Both the position numbers and the translations under genes were made by a program. The notes under the pieces were generated by a model. The model did not search any database, had not been told where the DNA came from, and saw only the letters and a program-made list of their open reading frames with translations. Positions 1 to 10,408 of a DNA stretch of 34,856 bases are shown piece after piece (the first letter of the stretch is position 1; every line of letters starts with the position of its first letter). This stretch comes from Verrucomicrobiota bacterium (GTDB taxonomy: Bacteria > Verrucomicrobiota > Verrucomicrobiia > Palsa-1439). The DNA is taken from positions 1 through 34,856 of the forward strand of contig OMJI01000099.1 of assembly GCA_900299315.1 (NCBI GenBank), written 5' to 3'.

Positions 1-879
1 CGGTTGGTGTTGGACTACTACCCGCTGACGATCGACGTCGTCTACGCGCGGTTGGGTGAGCGCAGCTCGTTCGGTCCTGGCTCGAGCACGAAGCTCAATG
101 ACATCCAAGCGCTCTTCATCAACGGCCGGTATGAGTTCACGGATTCGTTGATCAAGAATATCGAAGCCTACTTCGGGTATGTCATCAATGGCAACGACTC
201 GTCTAGCTTCGACGGCACCAGCCGCATCCCGCCGATTGCGAATAGCAATGGTGATTCGCCCATGCTCATCGGTCTCCGCGGTGATGTGAACTTGACCGAG
301 AACTTCCAGACTTGGTTTGAAGGTGCGTATGAGTTCGGCAGTGGCTCAGCAGGCACGACCGAGAACATCAGCGCCTTCTTGGCCAATGTCGGTGGCAAGC
401 TCACGTTGAAGGACGTGAACATGGTCCCGGCGTTTAACTTCAACTACATCTACGCCTCCGGCGGTGGTAGTGAAGGAGAACACTCCTTCCGTCCGTGGTT
501 TGACTATGTGGATGGCTACAACGGCCATTTGTTCATGCCGTTGCTCTCCAATATCCATGTCTTCAACCTCGGCGCGTCCGTCAAACCGAGCGAGAACACC
601 TCCGTGTCTGTTCAGGGTTTCTACTACCTGAAGGTGGATAAGGACAGCTCTGTTGGCAGCAACCCCAATGTCGACTTCGGTGGAATTGGGTTCTTCTCTG
701 CCAATGACTCCCGCGAAATCGGCTGGGAAATCGACACGATCTTGGGCTATGACTATAGCAAAGACGTTCGCTTCCAGTTGGTCTATGCGGCCTTCATCCC
801 GGGCAATGCCCTGCACGCTGACCAAGCAGCCGACTCCGTCGCCCACTTGGTCCGTGGCGAAATCAACGCCCGGTTCTAA
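1..879 (+). CDS. outer-membrane beta-barrel protein, alginate-export (AlgE)-like, 5' partial
   Basis: The ORF runs off the 5' edge with no start in the window. It has an alternating beta-strand-like pattern rich in G/N/Y/F. It ends ...VRGEINARF, with a terminal Phe as in OM barrels. The family resemblance is from memory, not a search. Confidence 0.6.
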   Translation, partial: RLVLDYYPLTIDVVYARLGERSSFGPGSSTKLNDIQALFINGRYEFTDSLIKNIEAYFGYVINGNDSSSFDGTSRIPPIANSNGDSPMLIGLRGDVNLTENFQTWFEGAYEFGSGSAGTTENISAFLANVGGKLTLKDVNMVPAFNFNYIYASGGGSEGEHSFRPWFDYVDGYNGHLFMPLLSNIHVFNLGASVKPSENTSVSVQGFYYLKVDKDSSVGSNPNVDFGGIGFFSANDSREIGWEIDTILGYDYSKDVRFQLVYAAFIPGNALHADQAADSVAHLVRGEINARF

Positions 880-902
880 GCTGACCAGAGCGTAATTAAC
901 AG

Positions 903-938
903 AAAAGCCCCTCGGTTCGCCGAGGGGCTTTTTCTTTT
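903..938. terminator. bidirectional rho-independent terminator between convergent OMP gene and glgB
   Basis: Stem GCCCCTCGG (907-915), loop TTCG, stem CCGAGGGGC (920-928). A4 lies upstream and a T-rich run at 929-938 lies downstream. Confidence 0.7.
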
Positions 939-951
939 CCCGCAGACTCGT

Positions 952-2898
952 TTAACCTTCGTTCTTGAAAAACATCACGCTGAGCGGGGGTAGGGTCAAG
1001 TTGAGGGAGTGCGACCGGCTGTGCATGGGTACCGGGTCGGCTTCGAAGCCGCCGAGATTGCCAAGGCCGCTCCCGCCGTACATCGTGGCGTCACTATTGC
1101 TGAGCTCCTGCCAGAACCCCGGCCGCGGCACCCCAATCCGGTAATCAAACCGCGGCACTGGGGTGAAGTTGCATACCACAAGAATGATGTCCTTGGTGCT
1201 CCGCGCATACCGGAGGAGGCTCATCGTGCTGTTTTGCCAGTCGTTGCAATCCAGCCATTCGAAACCTGTCGGGCTGAAATCCAACTCGTGCAGCGCAGGT
1301 TCCCGCTGATAAAGCCGGTTCAGGTCGGCCAGCCAGTTGTGCAGCCCGCCGTGCGTCGGGTACTGGAGCAAATGCCAGTCGAGGCTGGAGTCGTGACTCC
1401 ACTCGTTCCACTGGCCGAATTCACCGCCCATGAACAGCAGCTTCTTACCGGGCTGGGCGTACATGTAGCCGTAGAGCGCGCGCAGATTGCCGAACTTGTC
1501 CCAGTCATTGCCGGGCATCTTGTTGATGAGCGACCCCTTCTCGTGAACGACTTCGTCGTGCGACAGCGAGAGGACGAAATTCTCATGGAACGCATAGAGC
1601 AACCGGAACGTGAGCTGGTTGTGATGGTGCTTCCGGTAGACCGGGTCCTTGGCCATGTACTTGAGCGTGTCATGCATCCAGCCCATGTCCCACTTCATGC
1701 CGAAGCCAAGGCCACCCAGGTACGTCGGGCGCGACACCATCGCCCACGACGTCGATTCCTCAGCGATCGTCTGCACATCCGGGAAGTTCTGGTACACGGC
1801 CTCGTTGAACTTCCGCAGGAATGAAATCGCCTCCAGGTTCTCGTGGCCGCCGTGCTCGTTGGGAATCCACTCACCGTCCTTGCGGGAATAATCCAAATAC
1901 AGCATCGACGCCACCGCATCCACCCGCAAGCCGTCGATGTGATACTTCCGCAGCCAGAACAGCGCGCTGCTCAGCAAGAAGCACCGGACCTCGTTGCGCC
2001 CATAATTGAAAATGAAACTCTTCCAGTCCGGGTGGAATCCCTTCCGCGGATCGGCATGCTCGTACAGGTGTGTACCATCAAAATAACTCAGCCCGTGCGT
2101 GTCGGTCGCGAAATGCGATGGCACCCAGTCCAAAATCACCCCGATGTTGTGCTGGTGCAGATAATCCACCAGATACATGAAATCCTGCGGCGTGCCATAC
2201 CGGCTCGTCGGCGCAAAGTAACCGGTCGTCTGATACCCCCACGAACCGCCGTAGGGATGCTCCATCACCGGCATCAACTCCACATGGGTATAGCCCATGT
2301 CATTCAAGTACTCCGCCAACTGCGACGCCATCTCCCGGTACGTCAGCGACCGGCCACCCTCCTCCGGCACCCGCCGCCACGACCCGACGTGCATCTCATA
2401 AATCGAAATCGGCGCGTCCAGCCCGTTCCGTTTCGGGCGTTGCTTCATCCAGTCGGCATCGTTCCACTGGTAATCCAGATCCCAAACGATCGACGCCGTG
2501 CGCCGCGGCACTTCGTGATAGAAGCCGTACGGATCCGCCTTATCCACCCGGTGCCCGTGCTGCCGCGAGATGATGTAGTACTTATAATGCGTGCCTTTGC
2601 CCGGCCCGGGAATGAAGCCCTCCCAAATCCCGCTCGCCGCCCGGGGTCGCAGGGGGTGGCTGGCTTTGTCCCAGTGATTGAAATCCCCCATCACGCAAAC
2701 CTGTGCCGCGTTCGGCGCCCACACCGCGAAATACGTCCCCCCCACGCCGTCCACCGTCACCGGGTGCGCCCCCATCTTCTCATAAATCTGCTGATGGGTT
2801 CCCTCGTTGAACAGGTACAAATCCATGTCCGTCAACAAGGAGAAATCCGGGCGGCTTGCGCCGGTTTGCGGGGTTGCAGAGGGCGCCTTTTTCACCAT
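952..2898 (-). CDS. glgB: 1,4-alpha-glucan branching enzyme
   Basis: GH13 motifs [25 protein letters not shown] and SHDEV. The N-terminal FAVWAPNA...GDFNHW is typical of GlgB. ATG at 2898 is preferred over the GTG at 2919 that opens the track ORF. Confidence 0.95.
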   Translation of the reverse strand: MVKKAPSATPQTGASRPDFSLLTDMDLYLFNEGTHQQIYEKMGAHPVTVDGVGGTYFAVWAPNAAQVCVMGDFNHWDKASHPLRPRAASGIWEGFIPGPGKGTHYKYYIISRQHGHRVDKADPYGFYHEVPRRTASIVWDLDYQWNDADWMKQRPKRNGLDAPISIYEMHVGSWRRVPEEGGRSLTYREMASQLAEYLNDMGYTHVELMPVMEHPYGGSWGYQTTGYFAPTSRYGTPQDFMYLVDYLHQHNIGVILDWVPSHFATDTHGLSYFDGTHLYEHADPRKGFHPDWKSFIFNYGRNEVRCFLLSSALFWLRKYHIDGLRVDAVASMLYLDYSRKDGEWIPNEHGGHENLEAISFLRKFNEAVYQNFPDVQTIAEESTSWAMVSRPTYLGGLGFGMKWDMGWMHDTLKYMAKDPVYRKHHHNQLTFRLLYAFHENFVLSLSHDEVVHEKGSLINKMPGNDWDKFGNLRALYGYMYAQPGKKLLFMGGEFGQWNEWSHDSSLDWHLLQYPTHGGLHNWLADLNRLYQREPALHELDFSPTGFEWLDCNDWQNSTMSLLRYARSTKDIILVVCNFTPVPRFDYRIGVPRPGFWQELSNSDATMYGGSGLGNLGGFEADPVPMHSRSHSLNLTLPPLSVMFFKNEG

Positions 2899-2930
2899 AA
2901 TTGCTAGCGAGCCTAGCACAAACCTCCCGG

Positions 2931-3446
2931 ATGAGCGCGACTGAAATTTTCGACGTGGTGGACGAACGCGATTGCGTCATCGGCCGTGCCTCGCGCGCCG
3001 AGGTGCACGCCCGCCGGCTCCGGCACCGCGCCGTCCACATCTTCCTCTTTAATTCTCGCGGCGAGATTTACCTCCAGAAACGATCCGCCACTAAGGACTC
3101 CTTCCCGCTCTGCTACGATTCCAGCGCGTCCGGCCACCTCGATGCCGGGGAGGACTACGACGCCTGTGCCAAACGCGAACTCTACGAGGAACTCGACCTC
3201 ACCGCCGGCCCACTGATTCGCCTCTTCAAGATCGATGCGTGCGCTGAGACCGGGCAGGAATTCGTCTGGGTCTACCGGCTCGATGGCGACCTGGTCCCGG
3301 TACCCAACCCGGCCGAGATCGAATCCGGGCGCTACTGGTCGCTAGCGGAAGTTCGCGCGGCGCTAGCCGACCGGCCGAAAGAATTTGCCCGCAGCTTCCG
3401 CCACATTTTCGCGCACTTCGAACGCCTGCCGGCTCACGCCAAGTGA
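2931..3446 (+). CDS. NUDIX hydrolase
   Basis: Nudix box [23 protein letters not shown] fits Gx5Ex7REUxEExGU. ATG at 2931; the track ORF opens at TTG 2901. The 3' end overlaps the era 3' end by 13 nt (convergent). Confidence 0.85.
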   Translation: MSATEIFDVVDERDCVIGRASRAEVHARRLRHRAVHIFLFNSRGEIYLQKRSATKDSFPLCYDSSASGHLDAGEDYDACAKRELYEELDLTAGPLIRLFKIDACAETGQEFVWVYRLDGDLVPVPNPAEIESGRYWSLAEVRAALADRPKEFARSFRHIFAHFERLPAHAK

Positions 3447-4330
3447 TCCATCCAGTGTTCGTCCACCAGCACGCTCAGGTCGAGGAAGACCTTCTTGTTC
3501 ATCGCCACCTCGAATTCTTTCCGGGCCGCGCTGCCAATGTCCTTGATGCGCCGGCCGCCGGCGCCGATCAACATCCGTTGATGCCGGTCGTCCGTCGTGA
3601 GGATGGCGGCCTTGATGTAGACCACCGGCTTGCCGGCCTTGTCCTTGCGATCCTCGACCTGCTCCACCTGCACCGTCGCGGTGTACGGGACTTCCTGGCC
3701 GGTCTGGAGGAAGAGCTTCTCCCGGATGAGCTCACCAATCCAAAACTCGTTCGTGACGTTCGTGACCTGACCGTCGGGATAATGCAGCGGCCCGACCGGT
3801 AAATGACGGAAGATGGCTTGGACCAGCAGATCAACTCCCTTCCCAGTCAGCGCGGAAAGCTCGATCGCCGAGACGTATTTGCTTCCCTGCTCCAGCCACG
3901 TCTGCCGGAAGGGCCGCTCCGTCTGGTCAGCCTTATTGAGCACTAAAACCTTGGGCTGTGTCGCTTGCGTCACCAGATCCGTCACGCGCTGATCCTCCGG
4001 TCCCGGTGGACGCGTGGGATCGACGACATGCACCAGCAGATCAATTCCCTCCAGCGCGTCCCGCACCTTGTGGTGCAGGTTCTGGACGAGCTTGCTGGGC
4101 TGCGTCTTGAAGATCCCGGGCGTGTCCACGAACACAATCTGCCCCTCCGGCCGCGTCACCACGCCGTGATACGTGTCGCGCGTAGTCTGAGGTTTGGGCG
4201 TGACGATGGCGATCTTGGTGCCAACGAGCGCGTTGAGGAGCGTGGACTTGCCGACGTTGGTGCGCCCGACGAGAACGGCAAAACCGGATTTCAGATGCGG
4301 GTGTTCAGTCACGGGCGCGGATGATAGCAC
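3434..4330 (-). CDS. era: GTPase Era
   Basis: G1 GRTNVGKST, G3 DTPG, G4 NKAD and a C-terminal KH region (LIGAGGRRIKDIGSAARKE). There is no ATG. GTG starts are possible at 4330 or 4312. Confidence 0.93.
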   Translation of the reverse strand: MLSSAPVTEHPHLKSGFAVLVGRTNVGKSTLLNALVGTKIAIVTPKPQTTRDTYHGVVTRPEGQIVFVDTPGIFKTQPSKLVQNLHHKVRDALEGIDLLVHVVDPTRPPGPEDQRVTDLVTQATQPKVLVLNKADQTERPFRQTWLEQGSKYVSAIELSALTGKGVDLLVQAIFRHLPVGPLHYPDGQVTNVTNEFWIGELIREKLFLQTGQEVPYTATVQVEQVEDRKDKAGKPVVYIKAAILTTDDRHQRMLIGAGGRRIKDIGSAARKEFEVAMNKKVFLDLSVLVDEHWMDHLA

Positions 4331-4348
4331 AAATATCCCGCCGCTGCC

Positions 4349-4377
4349 TTGTCATCCCCGGTCAACTGCGGTACGCT
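4349..4377 (+). promoter_or_regulatory. sigma70-like promoter candidate abutting the start codon
   Basis: TTGTCA (4349-4354), 17-nt spacer, TACGCT (4372-4377). The -10 ends 7 nt before ATG 4385. This is a hexamer match only. Confidence 0.3.
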
Positions 4378-4384
4378 GCGCGCG

Positions 4385-5485
4385 ATGGCGGCGGAGTCAC
4401 AACGGGTTTCTCCCCCTCAACCGGAAGCGGTCTTCAACACCTTCCGCCGCAAACCGCTCCGCCCCTTCTATTCGCTCCGTGAAATCCAGATCGGCGCCGT
4501 CATTGTCGTCGGCTTGGCCGGGATTGCCGGCTGGGTCGCGTGGCGCGGCGCGCATCCCGACCCGGCCTTGTTCACCACCGACGAGTCACTACTCACCAAG
4601 CGCGGCGCGAGCATCCCGGTCTACAAACGCGCGGTCAAACCGTGGGCCGAACCCGGCACCACCGGCGCGGCCGCCCCCCGGCTCGATCCCTTCCCGGCCG
4701 CGGTGACGGACGGCGGCTGGCAACTCACCGGCGCGCCGCAGATGTTCGACGCGGCGAACCTGTACGAGAAGATCGACGGCCGGGAGGGCTTCTATAAATC
4801 GTTCGGGTTCCAAAAACTTTACTGCCTCGCGCTCAAGTCCGGGTCCCTCGGCCTCGACATCGAACTCTTTGACCTCGGCACTAGCGCCAACGCCCTCGGC
4901 GCGTTCGGTGCGGAGATTTCCAATCCGCAGACCGCCGTGCAAGCGACGCCGACCGGCTTGTGGTACGTCACGCGCAACGGCGGATTTCTCACCCAAGGCC
5001 GGTACTACGCGCGGCTCATCGGGTCGGACGACGCCGAGCCGGTGCGCCAGAAGATTGCCGGCTTGCGCGAGGCGTTCAGCACAACGCTACCCGGCGAGCC
5101 GATGCCGTGGGCCTATGCGTTGCTGGCCGGTAAGCTCAAGTTCAGCCCGGCCGCCATCCAGTATCAGAAGGAGAACGCATTCTCATTCGGGTTCGCCGCG
5201 GAGTTTTACTCGGCGCGGCTGCCGGGAGCCGACGCGGAGATTTTCATTTCGCGCCGTTCCGACAACTCCGAGGCGAAGGCGCTGGCCGCAAAGCTCAGCG
5301 CCGGCTTTGCCTCGTTTGGCAAGCAGACCAGTTCCGGCCTCATCCACAACGACATGATCAACGCCTACGACGGCGTGCGCCCGGTCGGCGAATACGTGAT
5401 CGGCGTCCGGCTGGCGTCGTCGGAGGCGGAGGCGCGGGAGTGGATGGGCAAGCTGGAGACTGCGATTGCAGGTGGTTATGAGTGA
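4385..5485 (+). CDS. membrane-anchored hypothetical protein (first gene of the redox operon)
   Basis: ATG at 4385 within track ORF 4349-5485. One N-terminal TM helix ([20 protein letters not shown]) is followed by a soluble domain of about 300 aa with no motif I recognise. The 3' end overlaps the next gene by 8 nt. Confidence 0.7.
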   Translation: MAAESQRVSPPQPEAVFNTFRRKPLRPFYSLREIQIGAVIVVGLAGIAGWVAWRGAHPDPALFTTDESLLTKRGASIPVYKRAVKPWAEPGTTGAAAPRLDPFPAAVTDGGWQLTGAPQMFDAANLYEKIDGREGFYKSFGFQKLYCLALKSGSLGLDIELFDLGTSANALGAFGAEISNPQTAVQATPTGLWYVTRNGGFLTQGRYYARLIGSDDAEPVRQKIAGLREAFSTTLPGEPMPWAYALLAGKLKFSPAAIQYQKENAFSFGFAAEFYSARLPGADAEIFISRRSDNSEAKALAAKLSAGFASFGKQTSSGLIHNDMINAYDGVRPVGEYVIGVRLASSEAEAREWMGKLETAIAGGYE

Positions 5486-6533
5486 CGAGCAACAATTCCG
5501 CACCGAGCGGCGGAAGGAAAACGCCGCGGCGCCACGCGAACGGCTGCCGGGCGAGTGGCCGACTCGGCGGGAATTCATCAAGCGAGTCGGCGCGTTTGCG
5601 CTGGCGGCCGGTGGGACGGCGGCGTTGTGGAAGGCGTTGCGAGATCCCGAAGGCGAACGCGGCAAGCCGCAGGAGCCGGTGTTCCGACTGAAGAATTACC
5701 GGGTGGCGCCACCCACCGGGGCCAAAGTGCTCGGCGTGGCGCGCGGCAGCCGGTACGATTTGATGTTGAAGATGGCCATCGGCGCGATTGGCGGCATCGA
5801 GCATTTCATCCGGCCCGGTGATGTGGTGCTCATCAAGCCGAACGTGGCGTTCGACCGCGCGCCGAAGCTCGGGGCGACGACGAACCCGGAGGTGTTGGGC
5901 GCGTTGATCCGGTTGGTGCGCGAGGCCGGGGCGTCAGAAATCCGGGTGGCGGATAATCCCATCGAGTCGCCGGAAAACTGTTTCGCCAAGACTGGTATCG
6001 CTGATGCCACCCACCAAGCGGGCGCCAAGTTATATATGCCGACGCCAGCCAGTTTCGAGATGCTGGAGGTGCCGGGCGCGAAATTGATCGCGCGCTGGCC
6101 GTTCTTCTACCGGCCGTTCCGTGGCGTGGAAAAAGTCATCGGCATCGCACCGATCAAGGATCACAATCTCTGCCACGCGAGCATGACGACAAAGAATTGG
6201 TACGGCCTGCTCGGCGGACGCCGCAACCAGTTTCATCAGGACATCCACAACATCGTCGCCGACCTCGCGTTGATGATGGCGCCGACGTTCGTGGTGCTGG
6301 ATGCGTCCCGGGTGTTGCTGAAGAACGGACCTACCGGCGGCGATTTGTCCGATGTGATGGAAGGCCACACGCTCATCGCCGCGACTGACCAGATTGCGGC
6401 GGATGCGTTCGGATTCTCGGAGATTTTGGCGCGGAAAGGCGACTTGCCGCAGTATTTATATCATGCCCGCGACCGAGGTCTCGGTAATCCCGATTGGCGG
6501 AGCGTCGCGATCAAGGAGGAGCAGGTGGGATGA
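5478..6533 (+). CDS. Tat-exported DUF362-like protein
   Basis: Canonical twin-arginine motif [18 protein letters not shown]. The body (VLIKPNVAF..., NPEV...) resembles DUF362 as I remember the family. ATG 5478 overlaps the upstream stop. Its own stop overlaps the next ATG (ATGA at 6530-6533). Confidence 0.8.
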   Translation: MSDEQQFRTERRKENAAAPRERLPGEWPTRREFIKRVGAFALAAGGTAALWKALRDPEGERGKPQEPVFRLKNYRVAPPTGAKVLGVARGSRYDLMLKMAIGAIGGIEHFIRPGDVVLIKPNVAFDRAPKLGATTNPEVLGALIRLVREAGASEIRVADNPIESPENCFAKTGIADATHQAGAKLYMPTPASFEMLEVPGAKLIARWPFFYRPFRGVEKVIGIAPIKDHNLCHASMTTKNWYGLLGGRRNQFHQDIHNIVADLALMMAPTFVVLDASRVLLKNGPTGGDLSDVMEGHTLIAATDQIAADAFGFSEILARKGDLPQYLYHARDRGLGNPDWRSVAIKEEQVG

Positions 6534-8230
6534 GTTGCGGCTGCGGTAAAGACGGTGGATGTGAAAAGCCGGTCTTCTTCGCGAAGGAGCCGCCGGGCAC
6601 GAACGGGGTGAAGGCGCCGTGGTGGATGAAGGCGTTTCGGATCACGCGAGTCCGGGTGTTCTCGCAGGCGTTTTTCTTTGGGCTGTTCTTCTTCTTCATC
6701 TACGTGACGTGGTTCAGTCGGCTGAAAGGCTACCCAGTCTCGTTGTTCTTGGAAGTGGACCCGCTGGTCGGTATCGCCACGGCCATCGCAACGCACACCG
6801 TCTACCGGCATCTTGTCTGGAGTCTCTGGCTAATCATCCCAACGCTTTTGCTGGGCCGGTGGTTCTGCAATTGGATGTGCCCGTATGGCACGCTGCACCA
6901 GTTCATCGGCTGGCTGTTCAACACGCGGCGCAACATCGACAAAATCGCCATCAACCGGTACCGCTCTATCTTCCAGCTCAAGTACATCATTCTCGTCGTG
7001 TTCATCCTCCTCGCCGCGTTTGGGTCGCTGCAGATCGGGTTGCTCGACCCGATTTGCATCATGTACCGGACGTTCACCACCGGCATTGCGCCCGCCAACG
7101 ACCTCGCGGTGTCGAGCATTGGCGGCGCGCCTTGGCAACTATTCAAGCCGGGGACAGAGGAATACCGGGTGTTCTATGCGACGTGGTTTGTGGGGCTGGT
7201 GTTCCTCGGCTTGGTGGGGATGAACCTTGTCATCCCCCGGTTCTTCTGCCGGGTGTTGTGTCCGCTCGGCGCGCTGCTCGGATTTCTCTCCCGGTTCGCA
7301 CTCTGGCGGATCGACCGCGACGTGACGCGTTGCACCGATTGCAATCTCTGCCTCGCGCATTGCGAAGGCGCGTCCGATCCGCAGGCGGCGTTGCGCAAGA
7401 GCGAGTGTTTCGTCTGCTTCAACTGCATTGACGACTGTCCGGAGGACGCGCTTTCGTTCCGCTTCCTGCCGGTGAAGAAACCGGTGCTGACCCGGCAGCC
7501 GTTGAGCAAGCTGCCGGAAACCGAGGTGGCTTGGCCGGCGTTGCCGCGGCGGCAGTTGTTGCTCACCGGCGTGCTCGGCGTGCTGGCATATCCGCTCGTG
7601 CGATTGTCGGCGGCGGTGAACCCCCGGGCGTTCGACAAAAAGGCGATTCGCCCGCCGGGTTCGGTGGCGGAGCCGGAGTTTCTCGAGCGGTGCATCAAGT
7701 GCGACCAGTGCATCAATGTCTGCCCGACCAATGTGCTGCAGCCGGCGACGTTGATGCAGGCCGGGTTGGAAGGGTTGTGGACGCCGGTGATGGACATGCG
7801 AATCGGGTTCTGCCAGTTGAACTGTACGTTGTGCAGCGAGGTGTGCCCGACCGGGGCGATTCAGAAAATTTCCACGGAGAAAAAACTCGGCGTGGGCCGG
7901 TACGCCGCAGCCGGGCCGATCTCGGTGGGCACGGCATTCTTTAACCACGGCCGGTGCCTGCCGTGGGCGATGGAGACGCCGTGCGTCGTGTGCGAGGAAG
8001 TGTGCCCCGTTTCGCCGAAGGCCATCGGCACGTACGATGAGCAGGTGAAGCGTTGGGACGGGACGATGGTGATCTTGAACAAACCGTACATGCGACCGGA
8101 ACTCTGCATCGGTTGCGGAATTTGCGAGCATGAGTGCCCGGTCGCGGACGACAAGGCCGTTTATGTGACTGCCGTCGGCGAGACCCGGTCAAAAGACCGG
8201 TCGCTGCTGTTGCGGTCGCGCCAAACCTGA
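6530..8230 (+). CDS. integral-membrane polyferredoxin, NapH/MauN-like
   Basis: Several hydrophobic helices ([64 protein letters not shown]). Two CX3CP motifs ([16 protein letters not shown]). Four canonical 4Fe-4S motifs ([48 protein letters not shown]) plus two variants ([18 protein letters not shown]). Confidence 0.85.
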   Translation: MSCGCGKDGGCEKPVFFAKEPPGTNGVKAPWWMKAFRITRVRVFSQAFFFGLFFFFIYVTWFSRLKGYPVSLFLEVDPLVGIATAIATHTVYRHLVWSLWLIIPTLLLGRWFCNWMCPYGTLHQFIGWLFNTRRNIDKIAINRYRSIFQLKYIILVVFILLAAFGSLQIGLLDPICIMYRTFTTGIAPANDLAVSSIGGAPWQLFKPGTEEYRVFYATWFVGLVFLGLVGMNLVIPRFFCRVLCPLGALLGFLSRFALWRIDRDVTRCTDCNLCLAHCEGASDPQAALRKSECFVCFNCIDDCPEDALSFRFLPVKKPVLTRQPLSKLPETEVAWPALPRRQLLLTGVLGVLAYPLVRLSAAVNPRAFDKKAIRPPGSVAEPEFLERCIKCDQCINVCPTNVLQPATLMQAGLEGLWTPVMDMRIGFCQLNCTLCSEVCPTGAIQKISTEKKLGVGRYAAAGPISVGTAFFNHGRCLPWAMETPCVVCEEVCPVSPKAIGTYDEQVKRWDGTMVILNKPYMRPELCIGCGICEHECPVADDKAVYVTAVGETRSKDRSLLLRSRQT

Positions 8231-8242
8231 GGAGGAATCGTC

Positions 8243-9436
8243 ATGAACATGCCTGAGAAGAAACTGACCCGTCGCGAAATGTTGAAGCTGGCCGGCTTGC
8301 TGGGCGTGGCCGGTGCGTTTGGCGGAGCCGCGTCAATCGCCGGGGAGGAAGCGACCCCGGCCTTGCCGCAAGTACCGCGGCGCGTCCTCGGCAAGACCGG
8401 GGAGAAGATCCCGATTCTCCTCGTCGGCGCCGCGATGAATCTCGACCAGCGGTTCGACCCAAAGCTGGCGGAGGCGATGCGGTTCGGCGTGAATTATTTC
8501 GACACGGCAGATTGCTATGCCGGTGGCACAAGCGAGACGGCGATCGGCAATTTCATGCAGCGTACCGGAAAGCGGAAGGAAATCTGGATCACCACGAAGT
8601 CGGACGACCACACGCCCGCCGGAATGGTTAAGGTGCTGGAACGCAGCTTGGAGAAGTTGCAGACCGACCATGTCGAGTTGTTCTTCCTGCATGCGCTGGT
8701 GGACAAGAAATCCCTCAGCCCGGAGATGAAGCAGGCTGTCGATAACTTGAAGAGGTCCGGGAAGATTAAACACTTCGGCTTCTCCTGCCACAACAACACC
8801 GTCGCGGAGTTGCTCAACACTGCTGCGGCGTTGGGTTGGATCGACGCGATCATGTTCAAGTACAACTTCCGTGAGTACGGCAACGTCGAGCTCAATGCGG
8901 CGATGGATGCCTGTCACAAGGCGAACGTCGGCCTCATCGCGATGAAGACGCAGGGGTCAGCCGTCTCGTTCGCGGAGCAGGTGAAGAAGTTTGAAGGGTC
9001 GCCGTTCACCCATCACCAAGCCGTCCTCAAGGCGGTCTGGGCGGACGACCGGATCACCGCCGCCGTGTCGCACATGGACACGCTGGAAAAGATGAAGGAC
9101 AACATCGCCGCGGCGCTCGACAAGCGGGAGTTGTCGGCGCTCGACCGTACCGGGTTGCAAGAGTTCGCGGCAGCCACGAAGTGCGGCTACTGCGCCGGTT
9201 GCGATCATATCTGCGGCGCGGCGCTGCCGCCCGGCATTCAGGTGGCCGACACGCTGCGGCTGCTGATGTATCACGATGCCTATCGGGATCCGCTCAAGGC
9301 CCGGGAACTCTTCGCCAAGCTACCGGCTCCAGCCCGGCAGATTGAGGGCGTCGATTTCTCTCGTGCCGCCGCGCTTTGCCCGAACAAGGTGGATCTGGCG
9401 AAACATATGCAACGCGCCGCGCGGGTGTTGGCATAA
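8243..9436 (+). CDS. Tat-exported aldo/keto reductase with C-terminal Fe-S Cys cluster
   Basis: GAGGAGG lies 8 nt upstream of the ATG. Tat motif TRREMLKLAGLLG. AKR core YFDTADCYAGGTSE, LFFLH, GFSCHN. C-terminal CGYCAGCDHIC as in COG1453-type reductases. Confidence 0.88.
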   Translation: MNMPEKKLTRREMLKLAGLLGVAGAFGGAASIAGEEATPALPQVPRRVLGKTGEKIPILLVGAAMNLDQRFDPKLAEAMRFGVNYFDTADCYAGGTSETAIGNFMQRTGKRKEIWITTKSDDHTPAGMVKVLERSLEKLQTDHVELFFLHALVDKKSLSPEMKQAVDNLKRSGKIKHFGFSCHNNTVAELLNTAAALGWIDAIMFKYNFREYGNVELNAAMDACHKANVGLIAMKTQGSAVSFAEQVKKFEGSPFTHHQAVLKAVWADDRITAAVSHMDTLEKMKDNIAAALDKRELSALDRTGLQEFAAATKCGYCAGCDHICGAALPPGIQVADTLRLLMYHDAYRDPLKARELFAKLPAPARQIEGVDFSRAAALCPNKVDLAKHMQRAARVLA

Positions 9437-9443
9437 TTGACAG

Positions 9444-9537
9444 GTGCGGTTCAAAGTGCTCGGCAGACCCTGTAGCCGAGGCGTAAGCCTCGGCCGAAGC
9501 TTACGCTTCGGCTACAGTTTTCAGCGGGTGCCAACAC
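9444..9537. repeat. palindromic TGTAGC...GCTACA element, copy R1
   Basis: 48-bp core at 9470-9517: CTGTAGCCGAGGCGTAAGCCTCGGCCGAAGCTTACGCTTCGGCTACAG. It contains two sub-hairpins plus an outer stem, followed by TTTT. Its reverse complement is identical to the core at 21888-21935. Confidence 0.9.
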
Positions 9538-9567
9538 ATTGAGCTACACCTGTAGTTGACGGCGCTG

Positions 9568-9597
9568 TTGACAGTGAACGGCCGGTTTGGCTAGTAT
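9568..9597 (+). promoter_or_regulatory. sigma70-like promoter candidate for the coiled-coil gene
   Basis: TTGACA (9568-9573), 18-nt spacer, TAGTAT (9592-9597). It lies about 44 nt upstream of ATG 9641, which is preceded by GGACGGAGGAA. Confidence 0.4.
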
Positions 9598-9640
9598 CCG
9601 CCCGCTCAGTGAAACAATCCCAGGACGGAGGAACACTGCT

Positions 9641-10408
9641 ATGAAAGCTCTCGCTAAAATCGCCCCCATCGTAATCATTCTCGCTTGCGCCGCCTCGCTG
9701 TTTTTTGTGTTCAAGCTCAGCGGCCAGAAGACCGGCCTCATCGCGGACTTAGCCGACACCCGGTCCAAGCTGGAATCGACCACCGCGAAGTTAAATGAGA
9801 CCAAACAGGAACTGGCCACCACCTCCAGTAAATTGAAGCAGTCCGAGAACGATCTCGCCTCCACCAAGGCTAATCTCGACGCCAAGGAAATCGAACTCGG
9901 CCAGAAGAAGCGCGAAGCCGAGGAACTCACCAAGGCCAAAGCCGATGCGGAGCAGCAGTTGGCGGCGTTGAAGGACAAGATGGACGCGGCCGACAAGGAA
10001 ATGGCCGCGTTGAAGGAGAAGCTCGGCGGCTTGGGTAACGTTGAGGAAATCACCAAGAAGCTCGAAGAAATCACCGCCGCCAACAAGTCGCTGGGCGAGA
10101 AGGTTGCCGCCTTGACCACCGAGAACGGGATTATCGCCAAGAAACTTGAGGAAGCCACCACCACCCCGGCCGATCTCCGTGGGCGCGTCGCCATGGCGAA
10201 GGGCCAGTGGAACTTCCTGATCATGGACATCGGTAAAGACCAGCGCGTCCAGCCGAACACCGAGTACCTCGTCTATCGCGACAGCAGCTTGGTTGCGAAA
10301 GCCAAGGTCAGCACCGTCTATCCCAACAGCAGCGTTGCCGACCTCGTCCCCGGCTTCACCAAGACGATGCCGCGCGAAGGCGACACGGTGGTCTTCAAGA
10401 AGATGTAA
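9641..10408 (+). CDS. N-terminally anchored coiled-coil protein with small C-terminal beta-rich domain
   Basis: ATG 9641 has an upstream SD-like GGAGGAA. TM/signal anchor IAPIVIILACAASLFFVF. About 150 aa of heptad-like K/E/L/A-rich sequence. C-terminal WNFLIMDIGKDQRV...GDTVVFKK. Confidence 0.8.
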   Translation: MKALAKIAPIVIILACAASLFFVFKLSGQKTGLIADLADTRSKLESTTAKLNETKQELATTSSKLKQSENDLASTKANLDAKEIELGQKKREAEELTKAKADAEQQLAALKDKMDAADKEMAALKEKLGGLGNVEEITKKLEEITAANKSLGEKVAALTTENGIIAKKLEEATTTPADLRGRVAMAKGQWNFLIMDIGKDQRVQPNTEYLVYRDSSLVAKAKVSTVYPNSSVADLVPGFTKTMPREGDTVVFKKM

